This document shows, in pieces, positions 1 to 9,393 of a stretch of DNA of 43,336 bases (within the stretch, counting starts at the first letter, position 1; every line of letters begins with the position of its first letter). The notes under the pieces are model-generated. The model saw only the letters and a program-made list of their open reading frames with translations. It was not told the origin of the DNA and searched no databases. Source of the stretch: a virus. Its lineage: Duplodnaviria > Heunggongvirae > Uroviricota > Caudoviricetes. The position numbers and the translations under genes are program-made. The DNA is taken from IMG/VR virus record IMGVR_UViG_2554235189_000011, positions 1 through 43,336 of that record, one strand, 5' to 3'.

Positions 1-293
1 CGCAAAATAAGCGGAAGCCTGGCGAAGGATATCGTTACTGCGGCGCAGTTCACGATTTTCACGTTCCAGCTCTTTCAGACGCTGACGTTCAGCGGTGGTG
101 AGTCCACCATCACCACTCCCGGTATCCCGCTCATGCTGGCGAACCCAGACACGCAGAGTCTCCGGCGTACAGCCAATCTTTGGGGCAATGGAACAAATTG
201 CCGCCCACTGTGAGTCATATTCATCCTGACTTTCCAGAACCATACGAATCGCCCGCTGACGGACTTCGGGGGAAAAACGAGTATTTTTAGTCA
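1..293 (-). CDS. IS3-family transposase OrfA (helix-turn-helix), C-terminus off window
   Basis: Revcomp of 241-293 translates [18 protein letters not shown]..., characteristic IS629/IS3 OrfA N-terminus; ATG at 293. Confidence 0.8.
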
Positions 294-348
294 TCCTGTT
301 TACCTCTTTCTCAGGGAGTTTAGTCTCCAGGATTTCCGGGGCGGTTCA
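1..348 (-). mobile_element. IS3-family insertion sequence (IS629-like), partial; element continues beyond window start
   Basis: Minus-strand orfA plus terminal inverted repeat (revcomp of 317-348 = TGAACCGCCCCGGAAATCCTGGAGACTAAACT) ending near 348; family name from memory. Confidence 0.8.
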
Positions 349-398
349 GTCGCCAGAAAATGAAATTAGGCAGCAAACCACTGTATGAGAGGTGAGAT

Positions 399-722
399 AT
401 GGAAGCATTAGTAGTAGAGCGAAGCGAGGATGGCTACTGGACGCACCCAGAATACGCCAACCTGTTTGGGGATAGAGAGGCAATTTCAGCTGATGAGTTC
501 AGATCTTTCTGCAAGCAGCATGGCATTGAATCATCAATTGTTGAAATGGAAAACGACAACAATCAAACGGTAATTGACGCGTATTTTGAAGATGGGAATC
601 CAAACATCAGTGGATGGGAGCCAAGCATGCCAGATGGAAAAGGATGGTTTGTCGGTTCGATTCACGATACAGAAGACGGTCCGATCTGCGTTTGGTTCAG
701 GAATGTAGATAAGGCCGCATAG
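399..722 (+). CDS. hypothetical protein (early-left operon, position of lambda N-ral region)
   Basis: 107-aa ORF preceded by GAGGTGAGAT RBS; no recognised motif. Confidence 0.55.
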   Translation: MEALVVERSEDGYWTHPEYANLFGDREAISADEFRSFCKQHGIESSIVEMENDNNQTVIDAYFEDGNPNISGWEPSMPDGKGWFVGSIHDTEDGPICVWFRNVDKAA

Positions 723-785
723 TCGGCCTTTATTTTTGGCATAAACAAGAGAATAAACACTGCACTGAATTATTTGAGGTGAGAT

Positions 786-1256
786 ATGACAAAATCATGG
801 AGCGTACCTTTTCCTGAATCAGAAACTGAACATGATGGAATGCCTGTTTTCTGGAGATTCCAAGCGACAGTTGAAGAAGATGGAATCAAAATATTCGCAC
901 TTCAATATATAGCTTTTCATCAGACAGAGCATTATGCATGGTTGGTTCCTTCGCATTGGATTGTTAATTTTAAACCAGCACCAAATCAGTGGTTACAGGA
1001 ATGGAAACAAAGGAGAAATAGATATGCAATTAAGAAAGTAGCAAAAAATGCAGAAAGATCTTTTGCATTCCCGACGAAGAAACTTGCCATTGAAAGTTTA
1101 TTGCGCCGGAAGAAATACCATTTGATGAGAATCAAACAAGATTTGGCTGTTGTATCAACTCTTGTTGATGGGATGAAGAATATTGATACATCAACACCAG
1201 ATATTGAATATAACTTTGGACACAACCAAGAAACAGAAAATTGGGTGTTTTATTAG
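786..1256 (+). CDS. hypothetical protein
   Basis: 156-aa ORF with the same GAGGTGAGATATG initiation region as the upstream gene. Confidence 0.55.
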   Translation: MTKSWSVPFPESETEHDGMPVFWRFQATVEEDGIKIFALQYIAFHQTEHYAWLVPSHWIVNFKPAPNQWLQEWKQRRNRYAIKKVAKNAERSFAFPTKKLAIESLLRRKKYHLMRIKQDLAVVSTLVDGMKNIDTSTPDIEYNFGHNQETENWVFY

Positions 1257-1360
1257 TACGAATAAGCACTGTGTATTCATTCCAACGAGTGAATACACGG
1301 AGCAATGTCGCTCGTAACTAAACAGGAGCCGACTTGTTCTGATTATTGGAAATCTTCTTT

Positions 1361-1388
1361 GCCCTCCAATGTGAGGGCGTTTTTTTAT
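1361..1388 (+). terminator. rho-independent terminator candidate
   Basis: GCCCTCCAATGTGAGGGC hairpin followed by TTTTTTTAT. Confidence 0.6.
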
Positions 1389-1406
1389 CTATGAGGATAT
1401 GAATAG

Positions 1407-1775
1407 ATGTCAAACATCAAAAAATACATCATTGATTACGACTGGAAAGCATCAATAGAAATTGAAATCGACCATGACGTAATGACAGAGGAAAAACTTC
1501 ACCAGATTAATAATTTCTGGTCAGACTCTGAATACCGACTCAATAAACACGGCGCTGTATTAAATGCTGTATTAATCATGCTGGCGCAACATGCTCTGCT
1601 TATAGCAATTTCGAAAGACTTAAATGCATATGGTGTTGTTTGTGAGTTCGACTGGGATGATGGAAATGGTCAGAAAGGATGGCCTCCAATGGATGGTAGT
1701 GAAGGAATAAGAATTGCCGATATCGATACATCAGGAATATTTGATTCAGATGATATGACTATCAAGGCCGCCTGA
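1407..1775 (+). CDS. ea10: lambda Ea10-like protein
   Basis: 122 aa, MSNIKKYIIDYDWKASIEIEIDHDV...; size and position upstream of cIII match lambda ea10. Confidence 0.75.
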   Translation: MSNIKKYIIDYDWKASIEIEIDHDVMTEEKLHQINNFWSDSEYRLNKHGAVLNAVLIMLAQHALLIAISKDLNAYGVVCEFDWDDGNGQKGWPPMDGSEGIRIADIDTSGIFDSDDMTIKAA

Positions 1776-1847
1776 GTGCGGTTTTACCGCATACCAATAA
1801 CGCTTCACTCGAGGCGTTTTTCGTTATGTATAAATAAGGAGCACACC

Positions 1848-2012
1848 ATGCAATATGCCATTGCAGGGTGGCCTGTTGCTGGCTGCCCTTCCGAATCTTT
1901 ACTTGAACGAATCACCCGTAAATTACGTGACGGATGGAAACGACTTATCGACATACTTAATCAGCCAGGAGTCCCCAAAAATGGATCAAATACTTATGGC
2001 TATCCAGACTAA
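1848..2012 (+). CDS. cIII: CIII (FtsH protease inhibitor)
   Basis: 54 aa MQYAIAGWPVAGCPSESLLERITRKL...; AAGGAG RBS upstream of ATG at 1848; the ORF-track entry 1776-2012 is an upstream extension. Confidence 0.85.
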   Translation: MQYAIAGWPVAGCPSESLLERITRKLRDGWKRLIDILNQPGVPKNGSNTYGYPD

Positions 2013-2124
2013 ATTCACTATCGCCACTTTTATTGGCGATGAAAAGATGTTTCGTGAGGCCGTCGACGCTTATAAAAAATGGATATTAATACTGAAACTG
2101 AGATCAGGCAAAAGCATTCACTAA
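1981..2124 (+). CDS. kil: Kil (host-killing / FtsZ-inhibiting peptide)
   Basis: 47 aa [47 protein letters not shown]; overlaps cIII by 32 nt as in lambda. Confidence 0.8.
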   Translation: MDQILMAIQTKFTIATFIGDEKMFREAVDAYKKWILILKLRSGKSIH

Positions 2125-2199
2125 TCCCCTTTCCTGTTTTCCTAATCAGCCTGGCATTTCGCGGGCGATATTTTCACAGCCATTTTCAGGAGTTCAGCC

Positions 2200-2496
2200 A
2201 TGAACGCTTATTACATTCAGGATCGTCTTGAGGCTCAGAGTTGGGCGCGTCACTACCAGCAGATCGCCCGTGAAGAGAAAGAGGCAGAACTGGCAGACGA
2301 CATGGAAAAAGGCCTGCCCCAGCACCTGTTTGAATCGCTATGCATCGATCATTTGCAACGCCACGGGGCCAGCAAAAAAGCCATTACCCGTGCGTTTGAT
2401 GACGATGTTGAGTTTCAGGAGCGCATGGCAGAACACATCCGGTACATGGTTGAAACCATTGCTCACCACCAGGTTGATATTGATTCAGAGGTATAA
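2200..2496 (+). CDS. gam: Gam (RecBCD inhibitor), short-form ORF only
   Basis: 98 aa [21 protein letters not shown]...; the long-form start MDINTETEI at 2079 is in another frame and terminates near 2231. Confidence 0.85.
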   Translation: MNAYYIQDRLEAQSWARHYQQIAREEKEAELADDMEKGLPQHLFESLCIDHLQRHGASKKAITRAFDDDVEFQERMAEHIRYMVETIAHHQVDIDSEV

Positions 2497-2501
2497 AACG
2501 G

Positions 2502-3287
2502 ATGACTACAGCACTCGCAACGCTGGCTGGGAAGCTGGCTGAACGTGTCGGCATGGATTCTGTCGACCCACAGGAACTGATCACCACTCTTCGCCAGACG
2601 GCATTTAAAGGTGATGCCAGCGATGCGCAGTTCATCGCATTGTTGATCGTCGCCAACCAGTACGGCCTTAATCCGTGGACGAAAGAAATTTACGCCTTCC
2701 CTGATAAGCAGAACGGCATCGTTCCGGTGGTGGGCGTTGATGGCTGGTCCCGCATCATCAATGAAAACCAGCAGTTTGATGGCATGGACTTTGAGCAGGA
2801 CAATGAATCATGTACATGCAGGATTTACCGCAAGGACCGTAATCATCCGATCTGCGTTACCGAATGGATGGATGAATGCCGCCGCGAACCATTCAAAACC
2901 CGCGAAGGCAGAGAAATCACCGGACCGTGGCAGTCGCATCCCAAACGGATGTTACGGCATAAATCCATGATTCAGTGTGCCCGTCTCGCCTTCGGATTTG
3001 CTGGTATCTATGACAAGGATGAAGCCGAGCGCATTGTCGAAAATACTGCATACACTGCAGAACGTCAGCTGGAACGCGACATCACTCCGGTTAACGATGA
3101 AACCATGCAGGAGATTAACACTCTGCTAATCGCCCTGGATAAAACATGGGATGACGACTTATTGCCGCTCTGTTCCCAGATATTTCGCCGCGACATTCGC
3201 GCATCGTCAGAACTGACACAGGCCGAAGCAGTGAAAGCTCTTGGATTCCTGAAACAGAAAGCCACTGAGCAGAAGGTGGCAGCATGA
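2502..3287 (+). CDS. bet: Bet (Red-beta single-strand annealing protein)
   Basis: 261 aa, near-identical over its length to recalled lambda Bet. Confidence 0.92.
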   Translation: MTTALATLAGKLAERVGMDSVDPQELITTLRQTAFKGDASDAQFIALLIVANQYGLNPWTKEIYAFPDKQNGIVPVVGVDGWSRIINENQQFDGMDFEQDNESCTCRIYRKDRNHPICVTEWMDECRREPFKTREGREITGPWQSHPKRMLRHKSMIQCARLAFGFAGIYDKDEAERIVENTAYTAERQLERDITPVNDETMQEINTLLIALDKTWDDDLLPLCSQIFRRDIRASSELTQAEAVKALGFLKQKATEQKVAA

Positions 3288-3964
3288 CACCGGACATTAT
3301 CCTGCAGCGTACCGGGATCGACGTGAGAGCTGTCGAACAGGGGGATGATGCATGGCACAAATTACGGCTCGGCGTCATCACCGCTTCAGAAGTTCACAAC
3401 GTGATAGCAAAGCCCCGCTCAGGAAAGAAGTGGCCTGACATGAAAATGTCCTACTTCCACACCCTGCTGGCTGAGGTTTGCACCGGTGTGGCTCCGGAAG
3501 TTAATGCTAAGGCGCTGGCCTGGGGAAAACAGTACGAGAACGACGCCAGAACCCTGTTTGAATTCACTTCCGGCGTGAATGTTACTGAATCCCCGATCAT
3601 CTATCGCGACGAAAGTATGCGCACCGCCTGCTCTCCCGATGGTTTATGCAGTGACGGCAACGGCCTTGAGCTGAAATGCCCGTTTACCTCCCGGGATTTC
3701 ATGAAGTTCAGGCTCGGTGGTTTCGAGGCCATAAAGTCGGCTTACATGGCCCAGGTGCAGTACAGCATGTGGGTGACGCGAAAAGATGCCTGGTACTTTG
3801 CCAACTATGACCCGCGTATGAAGCGTGAAGGCCTGCATTATGTCGTGGTTGAGCGGGATGAAAAGTACATGGCGAGTTTTGACGAGATGGTGCCGGAGTT
3901 CATCGAAAAAATGGACGAGGCACTGGCTGAAATTGGTTTTGTATTTGGGGAGCAATGGCGATGA
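3284..3964 (+). CDS. exo: Exo (Red-alpha 5'-3' exonuclease)
   Basis: 226 aa [40 protein letters not shown]...; start overlaps bet stop. Confidence 0.92.
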   Translation: MTPDIILQRTGIDVRAVEQGDDAWHKLRLGVITASEVHNVIAKPRSGKKWPDMKMSYFHTLLAEVCTGVAPEVNAKALAWGKQYENDARTLFEFTSGVNVTESPIIYRDESMRTACSPDGLCSDGNGLELKCPFTSRDFMKFRLGGFEAIKSAYMAQVQYSMWVTRKDAWYFANYDPRMKREGLHYVVVERDEKYMASFDEMVPEFIEKMDEALAEIGFVFGEQWR

Positions 3965-4143
3965 AGCATCCTCACGATAATATCCGGGTAGGCACGATCA
4001 CTTTCGTCTACTCCGTTACAAAGCGAGGCTGGGTATTTCCCGGCCTTTCTGTTATCAGAAATCCACTGAAAGCACAGCGGCTGGCTGAGGAGATAAATAA
4101 TAAACGGGGGGCTGTATGCACAAAGCATCTCCTGTTGAGTTAA
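3955..4143 (+). CDS. lambda orf60a-like small protein
   Basis: 62-aa [16 protein letters not shown]... immediately after exo. Confidence 0.6.
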   Translation: MAMKHPHDNIRVGTITFVYSVTKRGWVFPGLSVIRNPLKAQRLAEEINNKRGAVCTKHLLLS

Positions 4144-4307
4144 GAACGAGTATCGAGATGGCACATAGCCTCGCTCAAATTGGAGTCAGGTTTGTGCCAA
4201 TACCAGCAGAAACAGACGAAGAATTTCATACGTTAGCCACATCCCTTTCACAAAAGCTGGAAATGATGGTGACGAAAGCAGAAGCAGATGAGAGAGACCA
4301 GGTATGA
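4116..4307 (+). CDS. lambda orf63-like small protein
   Basis: 63-aa ORF in conserved position. Confidence 0.55.
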   Translation: MHKASPVELRTSIEMAHSLAQIGVRFVPIPAETDEEFHTLATSLSQKLEMMVTKAEADERDQV

Positions 4308-4383
4308 CAACCACTGAATGCATTCTTCTGGCAGCGGGCTTCATATTCTGTGTGCTTATGCTTGCCGACATGGGACTTGTTCA

Positions 4384-4599
4384 ATGACACCTCAGCAGGA
4401 AAACGCCCTTCGCAGCATTGCCCGTCAGGCTAATTCTGAAATCAAAAAAGCCAGACAGAAGTTTCCGGATAAAAACGTCGATGACATTTGCCGTAGCGTA
4501 CTGAAGAAGCACCGCGAAACGGTAACGCTGATGGGATTCACACCGACTCACTTAAGTCTGGCAATCGGTATGTTAAACGGCGTCTTTAAGGAACGGTGA
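4384..4599 (+). CDS. lambda orf61-like small protein
   Basis: Internal start MTPQQENALRSIARQ... of ORF 4318-4599; overlaps preceding small ORF as ATGA. Confidence 0.5.
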   Translation: MTPQQENALRSIARQANSEIKKARQKFPDKNVDDICRSVLKKHRETVTLMGFTPTHLSLAIGMLNGVFKER

Positions 4600-4697
4600 A
4601 CATGAAAAGCAAAATCATCAGGGAGCTACAGGCTCCTTTTTTATTATTCGCATTCACCCTCAAGCGTATTAACCAACAATTCAGGGATTAATGAAAG

Positions 4698-4919
4698 ATG
4701 GCAGATATCATTGATTCAGCATCAGAAATTGAAGAATTACAGCGCAATACAGCAATAAAAATGCGTCGCCTGAACTACCAGACTGTATCCGCAACTCATT
4801 GTTGTGAGTGTGGCGATCCGATAGATGAACGAAGACGCCTGGCAGTTCAGGGTTGTCGGACTTGTGCAAGTTGCCAGGAGGATCTGGAACTTATCAGTAA
4901 ACAGAGAGGTTCGAAGTGA
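4698..4919 (+). CDS. TraR/DksA-family zinc-finger protein (lambda orf73-like)
   Basis: 73 aa with CxxC...CxxC (CCECGDPIDERRRLAVQGCRTCASC). Confidence 0.75.
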   Translation: MADIIDSASEIEELQRNTAIKMRRLNYQTVSATHCCECGDPIDERRRLAVQGCRTCASCQEDLELISKQRGSK

Positions 4920-5383
4920 GCGAAATTAACTCTCAGGCACTGCGTGAAGCGGCAGAGCAGGCAATGCATGACGACTGGGGATTTGACGCAGACCTTTTCC
5001 ATGAATTGGTAACACCATCGATTGTGCTGGCACTGCTGGATGAACAGGAAAGAAACCAGCAATACATCAAACGCCGCGACCAGGAGAACGAGGATATTGC
5101 GCTAACGGTAGGGAAGCTGCGCGTTGAGCTTGAGGAGACAAAATCAAAACTCAACGAGCAGCGCGAGTATTACGAGGGAGTTATCTCTGATGGGTGCAAG
5201 CGTATTGCTGAACTGGAAGCGCGGGAAGTTCAATTACCGACTCGCTACGACCTTCGATATGGACACCCGATAAATGCAGATGAGCGACAAGTCATGATAC
5301 CTAAAGAAAATGGCAGTTGGCTTTACCTGATTGACCTAGAACACGCATTACGCGTCGCTGACATTCGCATCAAAGGAGAGTGA
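4916..5383 (+). CDS. hypothetical coiled-coil protein
   Basis: 155-aa ORF, charged and helical-looking; translationally coupled. Confidence 0.55.
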   Translation: MSEINSQALREAAEQAMHDDWGFDADLFHELVTPSIVLALLDEQERNQQYIKRRDQENEDIALTVGKLRVELEETKSKLNEQREYYEGVISDGCKRIAELEAREVQLPTRYDLRYGHPINADERQVMIPKENGSWLYLIDLEHALRVADIRIKGE

Positions 5384-5384
5384 T

Positions 5385-5900
5385 ATGGCGTTAACACACC
5401 ACGAACTCTGTCAGATTGCGTACAAGTTCCTTAAGCGCAACGGGTTCAAGGTTTGCTTTCATGACCGCTTTGTTGCTGTAACCAGTACCGGAGAACAGCC
5501 AGATGCTATGGGATTCAGAAATTCAGCATCATGCCTGATAGAGGCGAAGTGTTCTCGTGCTGACTTGTTGGCAGATAGAAAAAAGCGTTTCCGTAAAAAT
5601 CCCTCACTTGGCATGGGCGACTGGCGATTCTTTATTAGTGAGCCGGAAATTATTTCAGTTGAGGATTTACCTCCCGGCTGGGGATTACTTCACGTTGTTA
5701 ACGGAAGAGTACGGAAAGTACATGGATGGCCCAGGGGTAATTGCTGTTGGGGTAATCCTGACGATAAGCCATTTACCGGGAATAAGCAGGTTGAATGCGA
5801 TTACATGTTATCTGCATTAAGGCGCATGGAGTTGAGAGGGCACCTTAATGAAATATATGACGGTGTGATTGTTAATAAGAAAGAAGGAAACGCGGCATGA
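5385..5900 (+). CDS. hypothetical protein, possible PD-(D/E)xK nuclease fold
   Basis: 171 aa; PD...EAK arrangement (PDAMGFRNSASCLIEAK) is suggestive only. Confidence 0.5.
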   Translation: MALTHHELCQIAYKFLKRNGFKVCFHDRFVAVTSTGEQPDAMGFRNSASCLIEAKCSRADLLADRKKRFRKNPSLGMGDWRFFISEPEIISVEDLPPGWGLLHVVNGRVRKVHGWPRGNCCWGNPDDKPFTGNKQVECDYMLSALRRMELRGHLNEIYDGVIVNKKEGNAA

Positions 5901-6400
5901 TCACTATTACCAAAGGGCGACTGCTGACAATCAAGCAGTGGCGCGAAACATACGGACCGGGTAGCAACGTTGTACTGCCAGCAGAAGAAGCGGAAGAACT
6001 GGCAAGAATTGCGCTGGCATCACTGGAAGCAAAACCAATAGCGTGGGAATGCGGCGAAAACATAATCCTGTTTAATCCTGACACAGTTGAAGCATACGCA
6101 AAACGTGCGGAGGTATCACCTAAACCACTATATGCCGCGCCGCCAGTTCCGGTAACTCCGGATGGTTGGATAAGCTGTAGTGAGCAAATGCCAGAAATGG
6201 GAGAGCGACAATGCTATGTGTTAGCGGCTGACTTTAAAAACAACTACCCGCCAAACATCCCCAACACTCAGGTCGGCGTATATGGCGACTGGTTTAATGA
6301 TGGCAATCCCACTTGGGATGACGGTGATGGCGAAGACCTGTATCTCAAAGAGGTAACCCACTGGATGCCGCTACCGGAACCGCCGCAGGAGGTGAAGTGA
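5897..6400 (+). CDS. DUF551-like prophage protein
   Basis: C-terminal ...EVTHWMPLPEPP signature typical of DUF551. Confidence 0.7.
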   Translation: MITITKGRLLTIKQWRETYGPGSNVVLPAEEAEELARIALASLEAKPIAWECGENIILFNPDTVEAYAKRAEVSPKPLYAAPPVPVTPDGWISCSEQMPEMGERQCYVLAADFKNNYPPNIPNTQVGVYGDWFNDGNPTWDDGDGEDLYLKEVTHWMPLPEPPQEVK

Positions 6401-6483
6401 TGAATTGGCCTGAAGCATTCACCGCTGTAGGAGTTGCAATAGCGGTGGCATTTATTCTGTATTCGCTTTTCCGCTGGGGATAA
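6400..6483 (+). CDS. small hydrophobic peptide (27 aa)
   Basis: MNWPEAFTAVGVAIAVAFILYSLFRWG; strong CAGGAGGTGAAGTG RBS; start overlaps upstream stop. Confidence 0.4.
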   Translation: MNWPEAFTAVGVAIAVAFILYSLFRWG

Positions 6484-6487
6484 AGGA

Positions 6488-6730
6488 ATGTTCGCTCTGA
6501 TTCAACGTGGTCAGATATACACCGATAGCGCCGGCTATCCGATAAAAATTCTTCGCTGCATAAACAACACTGTGTTGTACAGAAGAATGGATGGGCGAAC
6601 ACAGTCGGTAAAAATAAACGATTTTAATGAACTGTTTGAACGGATTGATCACCAGGAATACCGACAAATTCTGGCAGAAACAGAGCAGGAAGCTCATCTG
6701 AAAAAATTACGAGCCATGAAAAGGAAGTAA
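6488..6730 (+). CDS. hypothetical protein
   Basis: 80-aa ORF in operon context. Confidence 0.5.
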   Translation: MFALIQRGQIYTDSAGYPIKILRCINNTVLYRRMDGRTQSVKINDFNELFERIDHQEYRQILAETEQEAHLKKLRAMKRK

Positions 6731-6888
6731 AGAATGAATAAAGCATTTGAACGATTGGTCCACCAACGTTACGGCAATCACTATGACCTGACGCGAGATG
6801 GTGACGGTTTCTACTGTCGTGAAGTTGTGAAGCGAATGTTTGACGTGTGGTGCCACTGCCGTGGGCTGAGTGTTGTGTGAGGTGATGT

Positions 6889-7098
6889 ATGGGGCTGGAT
6901 TGCGTGCCTATATCAACCTACTGCCGCGACGCGGGAGAAACGGTTGATGCCGTTAACAAACGGATACAAAGAGGAATATGGAAAGAAGGGGTTCATGTAT
7001 TAAAAGTCGATGGAGTTAAAGAACGCTGGGTCGACTTAATAGAGGTTTCAAAATGGGCAAGAAAGAACAAGGATTATTATCTCTGCCAAGAGGAGTAA
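6889..7098 (+). CDS. xis: excisionase-like DNA-binding protein
   Basis: 69 aa immediately upstream of and overlapping int; ...RIQRGIWKEGVHVLKVDG... Xis-like motif. Confidence 0.65.
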   Translation: MGLDCVPISTYCRDAGETVDAVNKRIQRGIWKEGVHVLKVDGVKERWVDLIEVSKWARKNKDYYLCQEE

Positions 7099-8231
7099 CT
7101 ATTCGTAAGCATAAAACTGCTTCAACACTAGTTATCACTTTCACATATAAAGGGGTTCTTTGCAGGGAGCCCCTGTCTCGGCTTGAGGCAAATACACGTG
7201 GTATTAAATATGCTGAGCGCCTGCTAGGGGAGATACAAAATCAGATCGCCAGCGGAACGTTTGAATATGCGAAATATTTCCCCAGTTCCAAAAAACTGGA
7301 GTTATTCGGTATAGTAAAGAAAACCAAAAATATTAAGTCCTATCTTGATGAATACCTGAAAATTTGCATGAACCGCAATCTGTCGCCGTCAACCATTGGC
7401 GGTTACGAAAAATGTATATCAGCACTATCAGAGCTACATAAACTACATGTAACAGAATTGACGCCTGCGGTACTAAAAAATTGGATAGCCAGCCGAAAAA
7501 CTAAGCTGAAAACAATCAGGAATAACCTGTCATTTCTGCGCAGCGCCATTGATGAGGCTGTAACTGATGGCCTGTTGACTATTAACCCGGTAACTCTTGT
7601 CAGCGCCAGCCGGTATCACGTGGTCGACAGTAAACCGAACGCCGACGATTACGAAGTTGATCCGTTTGCGCCTGCGGAAACCAGTGCCATATATCAGCAC
7701 TGCAAGTATCAGGAATGGCAGAATCTGTTCCGCTTCGCCTTCAATACAGGGCTACGCAGCTCTGAGCTATGCGCATTACGTTGGACCGATATCGACTTTA
7801 TAGGTAATACAGCGCACATACAGGCGGCCAGTGTCGTAGGGGTACTTAAAGGCACCAAGACAAAAGCCGGTACCCGTAAGGTGGAGCTGAACAGTGAGGC
7901 TCTGGCGGCCCTGCAGGCGCAGAAGCAATACACCTTTATGAAAAGTGAGTTCATATTCAGCGATCCGAAAACGGGAGATCCCTGGACGAACGCCGACGCT
8001 ATCCGTAAAAAAGCATGGGTGCCGACCCTAAAAAAAGCTGGTGTGCGCTACCGTAACCCGTACCAGACGCGCCACACATTCGCCACCAGACACATTAGCC
8101 AGGGTGTAAACCTTTTCTGGCTTGCCGGGCAGATGGGGCATAAGGGGCCGGAAATGCTGTTCCGCAATTACGGTAAATACCTGGCTGAATACGACGGGAA
8201 AACCGCAATGGAAGCTGGAATGAAGAATTGA
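7053..8231 (+). CDS. int: tyrosine integrase
   Basis: 392 aa; C-terminal catalytic region with R...HxxR...Y (RHTFATRHISQG...GHKGPEMLFRNYGKY). Confidence 0.9.
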   Translation: MGKKEQGLLSLPRGVTIRKHKTASTLVITFTYKGVLCREPLSRLEANTRGIKYAERLLGEIQNQIASGTFEYAKYFPSSKKLELFGIVKKTKNIKSYLDEYLKICMNRNLSPSTIGGYEKCISALSELHKLHVTELTPAVLKNWIASRKTKLKTIRNNLSFLRSAIDEAVTDGLLTINPVTLVSASRYHVVDSKPNADDYEVDPFAPAETSAIYQHCKYQEWQNLFRFAFNTGLRSSELCALRWTDIDFIGNTAHIQAASVVGVLKGTKTKAGTRKVELNSEALAALQAQKQYTFMKSEFIFSDPKTGDPWTNADAIRKKAWVPTLKKAGVRYRNPYQTRHTFATRHISQGVNLFWLAGQMGHKGPEMLFRNYGKYLAEYDGKTAMEAGMKN

Positions 8232-8244
8232 TTTGAAGAAAAAA

Positions 8245-8267
8245 CCCGGCAAATGCCGGGTCTTTTT
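8245..8267. terminator. bidirectional rho-independent terminator between convergent int and 8273-9040
   Basis: CCCGGCAAATGCCGGG hairpin flanked by A-tract and T-tract. Confidence 0.7.
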
Positions 8268-8272
8268 GATGG

Positions 8273-9040
8273 TTATTCTGTCGCGCCACCTATCGAAACA
8301 TAATCATGAAATTGATCGTCAATGAGTCGGTCCTTACAGATAACATGTACAATGTGACGACAACAGTTTTCATCATCATACGCACGACCCCAGCGAACAA
8401 TCTCATCTACAGACAGATCATTCGCACTCCATGGCAAAGTACCTGAAACACCACGCGCACCTGGACCAAGTATGTCCATAAATTTCTTCGTGCGTGAATT
8501 GTAGATCCGTACCTCGGCAATTCGAATGATGCTACTAGCCCAAAGAGCACCACCGGCAATACTTTGAATGTTATCGCAGATGAGAAACTCATGCTTTCGC
8601 GCAAGCATTTTATAGATCTCACGCGCCAAACCTGCTGATTGGAAATCCTGTGCGATAACAGCGCTTTTCACTTGCTTTCCGGTCATCATCTGACCGTTCT
8701 CTTCGATAAAATTAAAGTCGTTGAACTGTATACGACCTATTCTTATCGTTTTGTTATCGTCTACCATATCAAGACCCAAGAGGGTATTGACCAGATCCTG
8801 CATTGGAACCTTCGAATCAAGAAGGTCACTGCCATAGTCTAAAAAAAAGTCGTCGGTGGAACATCCCAGTTGATACACATCCAAGTAGTACTGAAACTCA
8901 CCAGAACTGACAATGTACTCATCAGCCCTCAGTAAGCCAGCCTCGGCAGTGAAAAAATAGAATGACTCAATAAGACGTTTTTCGCCAAATGGCGTGATGT
9001 TCAAGTCCTTGTTATATGAAGGTATTAACGCAGGAGCCAT
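8273..9040 (-). CDS. hypothetical protein (distal gene of int-att cargo operon)
   Basis: 255-aa ORF; no confident motif; lower GC than phage core. Confidence 0.6.
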   Translation of the reverse strand: MAPALIPSYNKDLNITPFGEKRLIESFYFFTAEAGLLRADEYIVSSGEFQYYLDVYQLGCSTDDFFLDYGSDLLDSKVPMQDLVNTLLGLDMVDDNKTIRIGRIQFNDFNFIEENGQMMTGKQVKSAVIAQDFQSAGLAREIYKMLARKHEFLICDNIQSIAGGALWASSIIRIAEVRIYNSRTKKFMDILGPGARGVSGTLPWSANDLSVDEIVRWGRAYDDENCCRHIVHVICKDRLIDDQFHDYVSIGGATE

Positions 9041-9051
9041 TCAGCAACCTT

Positions 9052-9393
9052 TTAATGGTAGTTAATTTCCCTGTAGTTCTTCTGCATGTATAGAGCAATT
9101 GCCGCTTCAATTTTCTTCAGCAGATTACTGCTTACATACTGAGGATACTGATCTGCTGGCTTCACAACATAGCGCAATTTTTCTTTGTTCATGGCGATCT
9201 CAGCGAACGGGATCACGTCACCGTCACGAACCTCATTGTTCAATGTCACAATAAACAGCTGACGTGCCGGGGAGACACGATCACTCAGTCTTCTCACGAA
9301 GAACTCGTTTGCTGTGTTTGAGTCAACAAAAGAACTGACGAGTTGAGTCCGACGCTCAATCGTCTGTATCGATCTTCTCGCTACTGTTCTCAT
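9052..9393 (-). CDS. hypothetical protein (proximal gene of int-att cargo operon)
   Basis: 113-aa ORF 11 nt upstream of 8273-9040, same strand. Confidence 0.6.
   Translation of the reverse strand: MRTVARRSIQTIERRTQLVSSFVDSNTANEFFVRRLSDRVSPARQLFIVTLNNEVRDGDVIPFAEIAMNKEKLRYVVKPADQYPQYVSSNLLKKIEAAIALYMQKNYREINYH

Noticed and set aside
1271-1298. Perfect hairpin GTGTATTCATTCCAACGAGTGAATACAC as a possible small RNA or REP element
   Set aside because: It sits 15 nt after a stop codon and just upstream of a canonical terminator; most simply part of the 3' UTR. No further evidence for an independent RNA gene.
1776-2012. 78-aa version of the cIII ORF starting at 1776
   Set aside because: The RBS-supported start at 1848 gives the canonical 54-aa CIII; the longer form is an upstream in-frame extension.
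2228-2656. ORFs 2228-2542 (plus) and 2384-2656 (minus) overlapping gam and bet
   Set aside because: Alternative-frame and antisense ORFs inside well-supported genes.
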